Of a DNA stretch of 64,000 nt, positions 49,901 to 61,900 are shown piece by piece. The stretch spans positions 6,249 through 70,248 of the forward strand of contig JALOQJ010000002.1 in NCBI GenBank assembly GCA_025453445.1, given 5' to 3'. The first letter of the stretch is position 1; every line of letters begins with the position of its first letter. The stretch is from Candidatus Omnitrophota bacterium (GTDB lineage Bacteria; Omnitrophota; Gorgyraeia; Gygaellales; Profunditerraquicolaceae). The translations under genes were made by a program, and so were the position numbers. The notes beneath the pieces were generated by a model. The model saw nothing but the letters and a program-made list of their open reading frames with translations. It searched no databases and was not told the DNA's origin.

Positions 49901-52900
49901 GAGGTTTAAACCTCCGCTACATGCGGCAGAGGCGAATGAAGGCAGTAGCGTTGCGCCGATTACCAAACCAAAGCAAGCTACGCCCAGCATTGTGCAAACT
50001 TCGCTGATGCCTTTTTTGCCGCCGCCCCTGTCCGGGCCAGCGCCGGGATTTTGTTGTGTGAATTGTAAAGGCTCAAAAGATTCGGAACGCGGGTCATATT
50101 TTGTTATTTTATTATCGCAGTAATGAAAAAAGGTGGGGAAGTTCCCAAGCGGGAAAGATATCTCCGTTCTTTGCTTTGAGGTAAATTGAGCTAAGTCGTA
50201 TTCTTCAGAAGCAAATACCATAATAAACGACTTATCTCCTCTGGCTCCAGACGTCTGGTAAGTCCCCCTCAATAAACCCAAAGCGCCTAAAGCTTTTTCC
50301 TGCGTGTATGAATCTTTTATAAACGGATAATAGCCAAATACAAAAATTTGCTTATATTTTTCTGTTAATAATTCTGAAAAGTAATAAGGGCGTTGTTTTA
50401 TTAAATCGGCAAAGTTAATAACAAGGGTTTCTTGAGCATCATACCCTTCCTTTATTTTCTCTATATAAAGTTTGGCTACCTCATCAGGGACTCCAGAAAT
50501 GAAAACTGGCATTACATCTGAAATGGCCTTTTGGAAATCAGCGCATTTATGTAAGGCTAATTCTAATTTTTCAGCACTGCTTGACGAAGCGCCCCCGCCC
50601 GCGCCTCCGTCAATATTGTTATTTTGGGACACTTCTGGCATAACAAGGCTTTTAGCATTAGATTTAGTCTTAGGCCAAACTAATCCTATTTCATAGAATA
50701 GTTTTTTCAACTGAGAAGGCATATTCCTTAGAAGATATTTATATCCATTTATTGCGTTCGTAATTTCCAAACTCTCTGTTCCGATTATTTCAAAAGCTAA
50801 TTCTCCAGAGAAAAACTTTGAAATAAATTCTTTAAGTGCATTTTGTGGAGTATCAACTACAGACGATCCGAAAGTAACGCTGAAATATGCCAAAGAAAAT
50901 TTCTGATTTTTATTATTAAGCGCTTGTGTTTGATCTACTAATTGCCTAAATAAATCTTCATGATCTTGAGATGCTAATTCAATATAATCATGCAAAAGCT
51001 CATGACGGATATTTGGTTCTGTAGTTTCTTTCGGAACAACTACTACCCGCTCAAGATGTTTATTGAACTTACCATCAAAATATTCAAATACTCGTAAATA
51101 AAATTCTCTAATCTTTGGTTTATTAGAATTCTCTACACAATGCCTATTCAAATATACGCCCTTAGCCCAGAAAGCGTCCGGAGTATATTTTGATGCTATC
51201 TCCATAATATCCCTGAAGGATTCATCATCCGAAATCACCTCAACGCCCGGGATTATAAATCCATCCCTAATAATTCCCTTGGGGAGAATTGGGGACGTTT
51301 CTATTTTTCCGCCTTGTCGCATTTCCCTATCTTCCGGAATATGCTGAAATAACCGCCTGCCCCCGAACAAATCAAGTAACTTCTGCGACGGATAGACATC
51401 GCCCATTCCCCGCGGCTGGATAGGATTCTTATCTGGCCAACGCATATCAACATAATGCGGATTGCCCTTTTGAAACCCTTTCCCGCCCGCGCCGCCGCCG
51501 CGCGGAAATAGGCCTTCCGCCATTATCGCTGCGAATAATTTTGAGGTTTCAATTGCTGTCTCCAAAATAGAATCTCTGATATACTCTGCGTCCCTGCGGT
51601 ATGTATACACTGACAGGCCGAGTTTCTGCATAATTTCCCTTAACTCTTTCTTAAATTTCGGCCTTTCGCTTAATGACTGGAAACGCCAAAGGTATGCCCG
51701 AAGCAGATAATGGTACGGCGTCTCTGCGTAAGCATTATATATATTCGGACCACGCGTGGCCTTATCGCATACTTGAATTATATGCTCCGCATCCGAGTGG
51801 AAAGCCGATTTTCTTACTGCCGCTATTTTTTGATAAACACGCATCCAGCTCAATACTGCAATTTCGTCCTCTGTAATTTTAGGGATAACAACTTGGCCAA
51901 ATAGGACTTTCGTATCATGCGGTTTCATATACGCGCTTAAACTACCCTTAATATATTCGGGCGCAATATCCACAGGCACAAGATGTATATGAATAGGAAG
52001 ACCCTTGTATTCAAGAGGCACTCGCCATAAGGTTAAACTTCCGTAGGCCTTTCTCATATCTTCTACAACAACATAAGTGTCGTAATCATTAAAAGTATCA
52101 TTTTCCCCAGCGTAAACAGCTGAACCGTATGCGATTATTGCCTGTAAATTTGTTGCGCCAAATAAATCTATAATAGATTGTGTATAACCAAATTTTTTCT
52201 GCTCTTCTGTACTCAATTCTGCCCGGCGGGCTAAAGCAGCTACTCTTGCGCTTCCCGGAAATAACGCCTTCAAATAATCTATTAATTTAAGTTTTATTTC
52301 CATAAGCGCTTCTCTGGGAGAGAAAGAAGAGATATCCAGAAGCTCATCTTTCTCTATTTTTCCTTCAGTTATCAGTAAATTTCTTATTTTTAGATATTTC
52401 TCATATTTCTCCTGCGCCCGGGCTTTGTTAATTTCTTTTTCGTGTATTATCTCATCATCTAGTGGCCCAATTATCCTGTTTATCCCATTTTGTAAATCAA
52501 GTAACTCAAAATCAACCAAAGGTATTCCCGCAACCTCTGCTCCCATCAAACCTGTGGTTGTCCCACTACCTAAGATTTCTTCTGCTTCTCTATAATGAGA
52601 CCGGTCAAAATACCTTAACCACTTTAGCTCATCCACGGACCAAACTGTAAGTTCTATGTCCTTGGGCAACTGCTGCAATTGCGCATCTACAAAAGCCCAC
52701 GTCAAAGGCCCATTGACGATTATGCATTTATGCGTTACATTCTCTATTTTCTTTTTACCTTGCGCTAGTATAGAAACATCTGTATCAACTGGTATTTTAA
52801 GATTAATTGGAAGACTGTCTTTGTGCCGAGCCGAGCTAGTGACCCCACCCCCGCCCGCGGCGCGGACACCATCTTGAGCGTGCGCCGGGCTGCCGGCGGT

Positions 52901-55900
52901 TTCGCCCCTGCCTCTTTTCTTGCCTAACGCCCCCATATTCCTATGATGCGCTAACCGAAAATCAAGGATATTCCCCCCTAAAGGAAATTCCCTGCCCATT
53001 AGCTCAGGCCAAGTTATTCCATCAAATCCGCCTAGCGATGGAATATCCTTATAATGCATATCCTGATTTATCCTGTCCCTATTGCCACCAGCACCGCCGC
53101 CAGATACCAGATATTCTAGCGTTAAAGAATATACTGCGTGATTTTCGATACTTATACAGCCACCGACAAACTTAATAATAAAAGGAGCGGACTCTTGAAT
53201 CGTTTCTTCGGTATACCCCCTGGCCTCAACTGGATTAAAGCTAACCCCATCTTCTCCTTTTAATATATCCCTAACAAATAATTTCTCTTCATGTCCGTCA
53301 AAATCTAAAATCTCAACATCTACTTCTTGCTTACCAGCGCAACTATGGAACCAAAATTCAAAATGCCTATTTTCACCTGAAAGCTGCTTCTCCACTGGGC
53401 CTTCTTCTACGATAATGCGCGATATAAGTCGATACGGAACTATTGCTACATCAAGCGTTTTATTAACATAAGGCCGGATTTCTCGCTTCTGAAAGAAATG
53501 AGAACAATCTTCTATCGCTTCATAATCCTGTCTTATTTTACCAAGGCCAATTTTTTGTTCTTTATATGAACGCTTAAATTTTAAGACGTTTATAATATAG
53601 TAAATAGCCGCGACCGCCCAAAACAATACAAGCGTAGAAGCTACGCCAAGCCCAGAAGCAGCTTTCCTATCATCTAAAACAAAATAAAATAATATACCCG
53701 GGCAACTTAAAGTCGCGATACTGACTAAGTAAACTACCCAGCGAAAGGATACCCTGCGTTCTTTTTCAGCTTTATATATTGAAGCTATCTTGTCTTGGCA
53801 TAAACGCAGCTTATTCCCAACGCGAATTTTCTGAAAGTGCCGCTCTATTTTTCCGCTAGGATATGGTTGTTTGTTCTCTAGTGCGCCAGAACTATGATGT
53901 TTTATATTGAAAGCTCGAATACTACTTTGAGGATATTCATTGGGATTGTAACCTGGCATATCACAAGAGACTGCGGATAATTTATTTTTAGCATCAAGAA
54001 AATATAAAATCGCTATGACGAGTAAAATAATTACGATGACCTCCGGTGGAGCAAAACTGAAGATACATTCTTTAATCTGCGCCAAGGCGCCGGAGTTATC
54101 CACATCGTAGCGGAGGTTTAAACCTCCGCTACATGCGGCAGAGGCAAATGAAGGCAGGATTGTTGCGCCGATTACAAGAGCAAAACAAATTAAACCCAAC
54201 ATTGTGCAAACTTCGCCGATGCCTTTTTTGGCGCCCCCGCCCGCGCCGCCCCTTTTATTTTTGGTCCCAGTTGATTTCTGCAAAATATCGTATTTGTTCA
54301 ACATGGCTACCATACAATTTAGGATTTCGTTCGCAAAAACCTTGGATTGCTGATAAACCATATAAGAAGAGGACCTGCATATAAAGACGGCACTGAACCT
54401 AAAGGAAAGACCTTGTAATATTTGCATGAAATTCTGGATTTCTTCTTCAAACCGATAGGCCGGCATCTCATTGAAAGCATCCAAATCAAGGCTTAATACG
54501 TATTGCCCATTATCCTGAGGCCATATCAGCGCGTTTAACCCATTCTCAGGAACAATATTAAATGTCATGTTTGCTGTTTTTCGTATTCTTTTCACAGGGC
54601 TGTCGTAGGAAACTAAATAATATCCTTTTGCCGTTTTTGCATCGAAGGGAATTCCAACCCCGGGTCCTCTCGGCCCTCTATGTGTACTGACGTGTTCTTC
54701 ATAAGCAACTTTCAAAACCGGTGAGGATTTATTAAAATAAACAAATCTACCAAACAGCGATCTTAGGCTTGGTATCCAGAATAATTCGCTCAAGTCGTTT
54801 TCTCTGACCAGTGCGGTAAAAATACCGCCTTCATGCATTGTCTTTTCGGCATAGCGCATGACTGTCTCAAGCGACGGACGCAACGGTATTCCCGTTTTAT
54901 AATCCGGCATCACTGTTGCCCCGGTATCATCATGAAAATCATTGTTTAAAACGATCAACCTGTTCCCGAGTTTATTTTGCCGCTGCAGTATTTTCACAAC
55001 CGGAAGCAAAAGCTGATGATCTTCCGCGACATACAGAGGAACATTTTGTGCGCCTGAAACTGTTATTTGGAATAACCCGCCTCCCGGATAATCGAACCGA
55101 CCATCTTGTTGCGCGGCAATGAGTTTAACCGTGTCACCTTCTATCTTAATTTCAGCGGCTTTTTGGCATCGCATAACGGCATATTTTTTCTTCCAAACAA
55201 GAAGCCGTTGCCATTTTTCAAGAAGATATTGTCGATACCATCTTCGATCATTATCATTTTTGATAGTGATGGCGTATTGTAATTTTTTAACCAATACTTC
55301 CTTCGAAAGTCCTGTCTCGTTAAAAACACTTACCATCTGCTTAATAGCAGCATCCTGATCGTTTTTATGACACAAAATCTCATTAAGCAATTCCTGCATC
55401 CTTTTTTCCTGCTCGCCCTTGTTGGATGTCCATCTTTGATCTTCATTAATTGAAGTTATGCGTTCCAGATAATGTTTTTTTCCTTCTTTAAGCAAATGCT
55501 TCTCGCGCCGAACTGCCTCCGGTGAATGAAAGCGGCTGCTGTTCTTTATTTCCTGTTCAACAATCTGTAAAATTTGCCTGTGCCATTCAGGATGATATTT
55601 TTCTGATACCGGTATTTCGTCATGGTGTCGGGCAGTGTTCCGATCTCCGGCGTGATATCCTTCTTCTTCCAGGATAACAGCTAACGTCTCTACGCTTAAC
55701 ACTTCAAACAACTGGCGTGTCATATATATATTTTCTTCCAAACGCCCTGCGGTTCCGGCATGGGCCAAAACATATTCATCGCCATCCTTGATGATATAAT
55801 ACGGATGCATTTCATCTCCCTCCAAAAGCACAAGATTGTGCCTCTCCATAAAGGGCGGGTATGTTCTTGTCATTAAATTCTCAATAGCTGCCAATTTTAA

Positions 55901-58900
55901 CAAAATCGATTCAGGCGTTCCTTTTGGTAAGAAGACTAGATGCAGGTCCGTTATTTTGATAGTGTTCTTAAGTCCAATTTGGTCTGCAATAAATTTATTA
56001 ATACGGTCATGGAAGGCAGGGGTGTACGTCCCTTGAGTTCCTAAATTATTGGGCGAACTTTGTATAATAATGGGGACGGTTCTATTTTTTGCCCGCCAGA
56101 GGAATGTGGCAACTCCCACAAGGGAAAATAATGCGAGGATAGGCAATAGGTATGAAGAGAAAGCGGCTGTCTGCATTTCCTGTCCCGGCGGGGCGAGTGA
56201 GAAAATACATTCCCTAACCTGCCCCAAGAAGGCGCCAAAGTTATCCACATCGTAGCGGAGGTTTAAACCTCCGCTACATACGGCAGAGGCAATCGAAGGC
56301 AGGATTGTTGCGCCGATCGACGCGCCAAGGCAAGCTACGCCCAGCATTGTGCAAACTTCGCCGAGGCCTTTTTCTTTCCCGCCCGCGTTGCCGGCTTGAG
56401 CAACCTCTCTGATATCTTCATCGGTTCTTCTCCTAAAGGAAAAATATTCGAAACTATCCCGAATTACTAATAATTTTTTACTCAGTATTACAAAATCATT
56501 CATTACAGAATTAGTGAAAAAACTCTTTGGTACTTGGTTCCTTATCGTATTCAGTTTTGCTATCGAGCCTTCGCCTTTTGTTTCGACTTTAGGCTTAGCG
56601 TAAAATGTCTCAATATTTTCTTTGCTAGAGAAAATAGCCATTAATTCAGGTTGCCCTGTCAATAGTCGCACAAGTTCCTCAGATTCTGCTTTTAATGCAA
56701 TTAGTTGTTTCCTCTGAGATTTTCCTTTACGATATCCACTAAAAATGTCTTGAAGCGAACATTCAAGAGAAAGTAACTTATTCTCTAAATCGTGCAAGTA
56801 AATATATTCTCTAATAACTTTTTGGGCTTCGTAAGATAGCAATTGGCCTTCTATCTTCTTATTAAAATAAGTTTCAAAAAGCCGATTTTCCATTACAGAA
56901 ATACAGTTATTACAATACGACTGATAGGCATCAAAAGCCTGAAGTAAATCAATCCGTAATAATATATATTCGAGGGCTGCGGGTTCCTTATCTTGAAAAT
57001 ATTTTCTGATTTGATTATAAGCCTGTAGCCTATTCGCTAAATCAAATGGCTGTTCTGTGTTTTGCCTGACTTCGTTCATTACAAGATTCTTTAGTTTCTG
57101 CGGCAGACCGCATTTCCATGCAACCGGCACTTGTTCGGGGATATTTTTAATTTCTATTATTTTCATAATTGCTTGTTTAAAAACTTTTAACCTGCTTCCG
57201 CTCCCTCGCGGCCCTAGGTTACTTTTATAAAACCTCCAGCCCATAAAGCCGCTTCTCCCAAAAGGAAACGCCAACTCCATCGGGTCAAAACTCCTTAGCA
57301 GGTCGCCTTTCGCTGAGAATAACGAACTGTCATTATAACGAACACCGGGGCCTATTTTGCCACCCCCGCCCGCGCCGTTGGCCCGCGAACCGATCAAAGA
57401 GTCATCAGAATAGCCCACCCCATAGAGCGTACAGCCCTTCCAGGGTGCGAAGTCACCCTCTTCTTTCCGATCATCCAGCTCCACGTAATACCGGCGGGAA
57501 CCCTTAGGATCCTCTACCAGATAAACACTTTCCTCAAAACGTTTTGTCTCTGTTGCATCCATCACGGCGAAAAGGGCCTCCCGGATGATGGATGCGGGCA
57601 AAAATGGTGCCGCGTATCCTTTCACAACCACGGCCATGGCTGTGTCGAGATGGCGCAAAAATACTATAGCCCGTTCAGAAGACATTCTCCGGATAATCTC
57701 CAAAATCGCGTCATTCCTTTCTACCTCCGGAGCCAACTCGGCAATCAGTTTCTGCGCAGCCGCGTTACGAAGAACTTCATCCGGACGCGTAATCATCCGC
57801 GTCATGCTCATGATTTGCCTGTTATCAATACTATCGACCTTCATACATTTTTCGATATTCGGCATCTGCTCTTCGAGCCAATCCCGGGGCCAATAAAATC
57901 TCGGAGGAACTGCCAGCCCTTCCCGGAGAAAATCGCGCTGCAGTATCCTTAACTTTTTACCCGCCTCTTCCCGAGCATAACCCATTGCCTGAAGGCGGGC
58001 ATGGATCAATGGCAAATAATACCAAAACATGTTGAAAGCAGTCGTCTCACTTTCGTAAAGATACTTTCCCGCTTCCAAAGCTTCGACGGGATTAATACCT
58101 TCCAAGAAAGAAAGCATAGCCTCGCGGCTCTTTCGTCCGGCCAAAAGCGCGGCAACCGGTGAGGCAATGCAGTGATGCATTAACAAATCCCGCCCCTTTT
58201 CCTTTATAATCAAACCTTTAATTCCAACTAAAACATCGTCAGAGAGAAGAAGAGCCAGACGCAAGTCTCGATCATCAAGGTCAGCGCGATGAACGTCCGC
58301 CAATAAAGACGCGATCTTAGCTTCAGAGAGAATCTTCCGGGCCCGCTCTTCCATCCCGGACAACGACAGCCGCGAGAGAAATGCCGGACGTAAGACGCCC
58401 CAAGGATAGGAACTCTCAGGGAACCCTACCAATTCCACTAATGCAGGATACTGCTGCGCGTAATTAACAACTCCAATCTTTCCGTTTTGTACGGCCCTTC
58501 CAATAATATTATCCACTTCCACTGTAGTCAGATGGCTTGGAACTACCTGCAAGAGATCCCTAGTCAGCTTCTCCAGAGAATCCGCTCGCCCGACGGCGTC
58601 CTCTAACAGTACCAATCCTAAAGAACTCCATCCCGCGCATGTAAGAATCTCCTTAACACTAAAATTATGGTCGCAGAGAAATACATCATTAGGATAAATA
58701 TGATGCGCCTCATGATTGATAATCTGCCACATTAACTCTCCAATGTCATAGAGATGCTCCGTATTAAGGAAGGACGCCCGATAAAGAGGAAGGAATGACG
58801 CGCGATAAAGAAGCTTGAAAAGATGCGCCGGTAGAAGGGCTTCACCCTGAGCGGGCAGGGCAGCGGCCACGATGAATTTATTAGGGCCTTCGTAAGCCAG

Positions 58901-61900
58901 ATACATGTCGCGGGCATCCGGCTCTCTGCCCGAAGGATAATAAAACCGGTATCGTGTCCGGTGCATACTTTCAATTTCTTTCTTCGCATACTCCGGGTTA
59001 GAATAATGATGCTTACGGACATACTGTTCGACCATAGAAAAAATATTCGCAAGCTCGGGATCGCTGGACGCTTCGACAAAACGGCCCGTCTTTAAAAGAC
59101 CTTCGATTGTCCAATTCAATTCCTCTCTGCCATACCCGCGTGAAATGCCTTCGGCGCCCTGATCGCCGCCCCCGCCCGCGCCGCCGTCATCTATAGGCTG
59201 CATCAGGCTGCCTAAATTGACATCTGAATCATTCTTTCCTACTCCTATTGGCTGTAATAATATCGAGCGAGGCTGTCTAAATACGCAGGCATAAGCAAAC
59301 TGAACAGGATTAAAATGGTTTAAATAATAACCGACGAGCAACAATATGATGATACCAATTTCTACTTGACTTAGGGGCAAGCATAGTATATTCTTAAATG
59401 AAGGGAGGAAATATATGCATAAGAAACAATATATGGTGATTATTGAAAGGGACGAGGACGGTATGCTGGTAGGTACTGTTCCCAGCCTGAAAGGGTGCCA
59501 TAGCCAAGCTAAGAATATGCCAACTTTACTTGAACGAATTAAAGAGGCGATCCAGCTCTGCTTAGAGGTAGAAAATCCTAAAATTCCGTCTTTAGAATTT
59601 GTCGGGCTGCAAGAAGTTGAAGTTAATTGATGTCGAGGCTCACTCCCCTTAGGCCAACCGAAGCCATCCGCATTTTGACCCACTTGGGTTTTGAACGTAT
59701 CCGCCAAAAAGGCAGCCACATTTATTTTCGCCATCCTGACGGCCGCTCTACGGTAGTACCTTTTCACAAAGGCGAAGACTTGAGCAAAGGCCTTTTGAGC
59801 GCAATCCTTAGGGATATTGAGTTGCCGTGGGACGAATTTATTGCCGCTAAGTGAGTTCCTACAAACCCTGCAAGCCACCCAAATAAAAATCGTAACAGGT
59901 AAAATTAAAATCGCCGGATAAGCGAGCCTGTAAATATACTCTCCAACTTGCCCCAAGGCGCCGAAGTTATCCACATTGTAGCGGAGGTTTAAACCTCCGC
60001 TACATGCGGCAGAGGCAAATAAAGGCAGGATTGTTACGCCGATTACAAGAGCAAAACAAATTAAACCCAACATTGTGCAAACTTCGCCGATGCCTTTTTT
60101 GGCGCCCCCGCCCGAATTCTTTAACATTGGTCCCACGGCGCTATCTTTGACGAATCTTTCAAAATATCTAGTGAAATCAAAAATTCCTGATTTTGAAAGC
60201 GCTTCGGTAATACTGGTTTTAAAAATATTCCCTACTACCGCATATTTATTTCCCTTGGGAATCATAATATCTCCGCGAAAATCTACAAGAACACAGGTAC
60301 TTCTTTCGTCTGATTTTAGGCATGCTATTTTTAATCTACCAACGTATGGCAAATTAAAAAGACTCTGGGTAACTTCCTGAAAATCCTGGTCGCTGACAAA
60401 ATAGTCATTTGCAATAGCAGAAGTCGCTACTCTCCCAGCAGTAACATATTGCCTTATGCCCCACTCGGCGACACCCGCATCGGCAAGCTGTCGACCCAAC
60501 AAAGGCAAATCAGCTATATTCTTTTTTGTAGCCACAGTAGATACAGCTAATACAAATTTACGCCTGATTAATCTTGAGAATAGTTTCCAAACATTTCTGT
60601 ATTGCGCCCTAGATCTCTCTCCTCTTACAGCAACGTGGACATCTTCAGTAGAGCCTTCTATTGGGATAGACAATGTATCAAGATAAAGTTCAAGTTTATC
60701 AATTATATTTTCATCTAACAGATCACCAGAAATCTGCAGACAAACTAAAATTCTCTGCTCATAAATATATTTTATTATTTCAATAATATCGGGGATCAAC
60801 AAAGCGTCTCCTCCGGTGATAACCATAGACCTGATCCCTTGTTCCTTTAATTTATCTATAATGCGCTTTGCTTCTTCAAAAGTAATTTCTCTTTTGGAGC
60901 ACGAAGCTTTTCTCCGGAAACAAATCGGACAGTTCACTTCACAGGAATCAGTGGCATAAAATGCTATATGAATAATTTTCGGATTCTGTTGGTGCAGTTT
61001 TCCTATCTGCCCCCCGCCCGCGCCGCGGAGGTTTTTGTCAAACACTGGTCTGCTGTAGCCGGAAAGCAACTTGACATTTATCGTTGGAGGTGGTATGGTT
61101 ATATTGTGAGGTGAAAAACTATGAATAAAAATGCCCGGGAAGCCAAAAAACATTTGCAAAGACTGCGCAAACTTACTGCCAACACTCCATCCCCTTTCAA
61201 AGGGATGACTCTTGAAGAGGCAATCACGAAGATGCGAAAAGTTAGGGAACAGTTGTGGGAGGAAAAGCTTGCATTTCGTCCTTGATACAAATGAATTTGT
61301 GGGCGCGATAGGGTTAGTCAGGAACCCACCTTCGGAAATCCTTTTTAATATTCTCATAGAATCATCACCGCGGCATACCATCCATGTCCCCCGGCTGATA
61401 ATTAACGAAGTAAAACGCAATATTCCTCCTAATATTTTCACGGAATTCATAAAGATTGTCATACCGATTGTTATTATTGACGAAGATATCTTTGTGCCTT
61501 TTGAGATAGGCATAAAATATGAATCTGCCGGCCTAAAACCCGCGGACGCATTTATCGCCGCATACGCCGAATGGACGGGCGCTGAAGTATTAGCGACTGA
61601 AAACAGGCATTTTCTCTCCCGGCAAACCAATCTTCCTTTTAAGGTCATGAATGCCGAACACTGTCTTAAAATTTTAGGCAAATAATACCAAACCTTACCA
61701 ATCTTTCTTGACATCCACCATATTCCCTTTATTAGCTTATACACCGGCCCGGTAGGAAAATTGTAGAGAACAGACCCGCCCCCGCCCGCGCCGCCGCGTG
61801 GAGTTTTACTCTGCAATGCTTCATAAACATCAATCGCCTTTATGCCTAATTCTTTCCCTGCCTGAAAATCAGTAAACCTTCCGTTTATAACACTCATCCC

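Noticed and set aside
60113-60118. EcoRI site directly at the truncated linker junction (and PmeI GTTTAAAC in every palindrome), considered as signs of cloning or engineering
   Set aside because: Six- to eight-bp AT-rich restriction sites are expected by chance in AT-rich DNA. The palindrome family also occurs intergenically at 36147. This is insufficient to call the locus synthetic, though it is noted.
50591-61796. Linker motif as an integron attC site
   Set aside because: attC sites are 60-140-bp imperfect palindromes with R''/L''/L'/R' boxes. This motif is a 14-17-bp non-palindromic direct repeat. Only the array logic (inverted TA cassettes) is integron-like.
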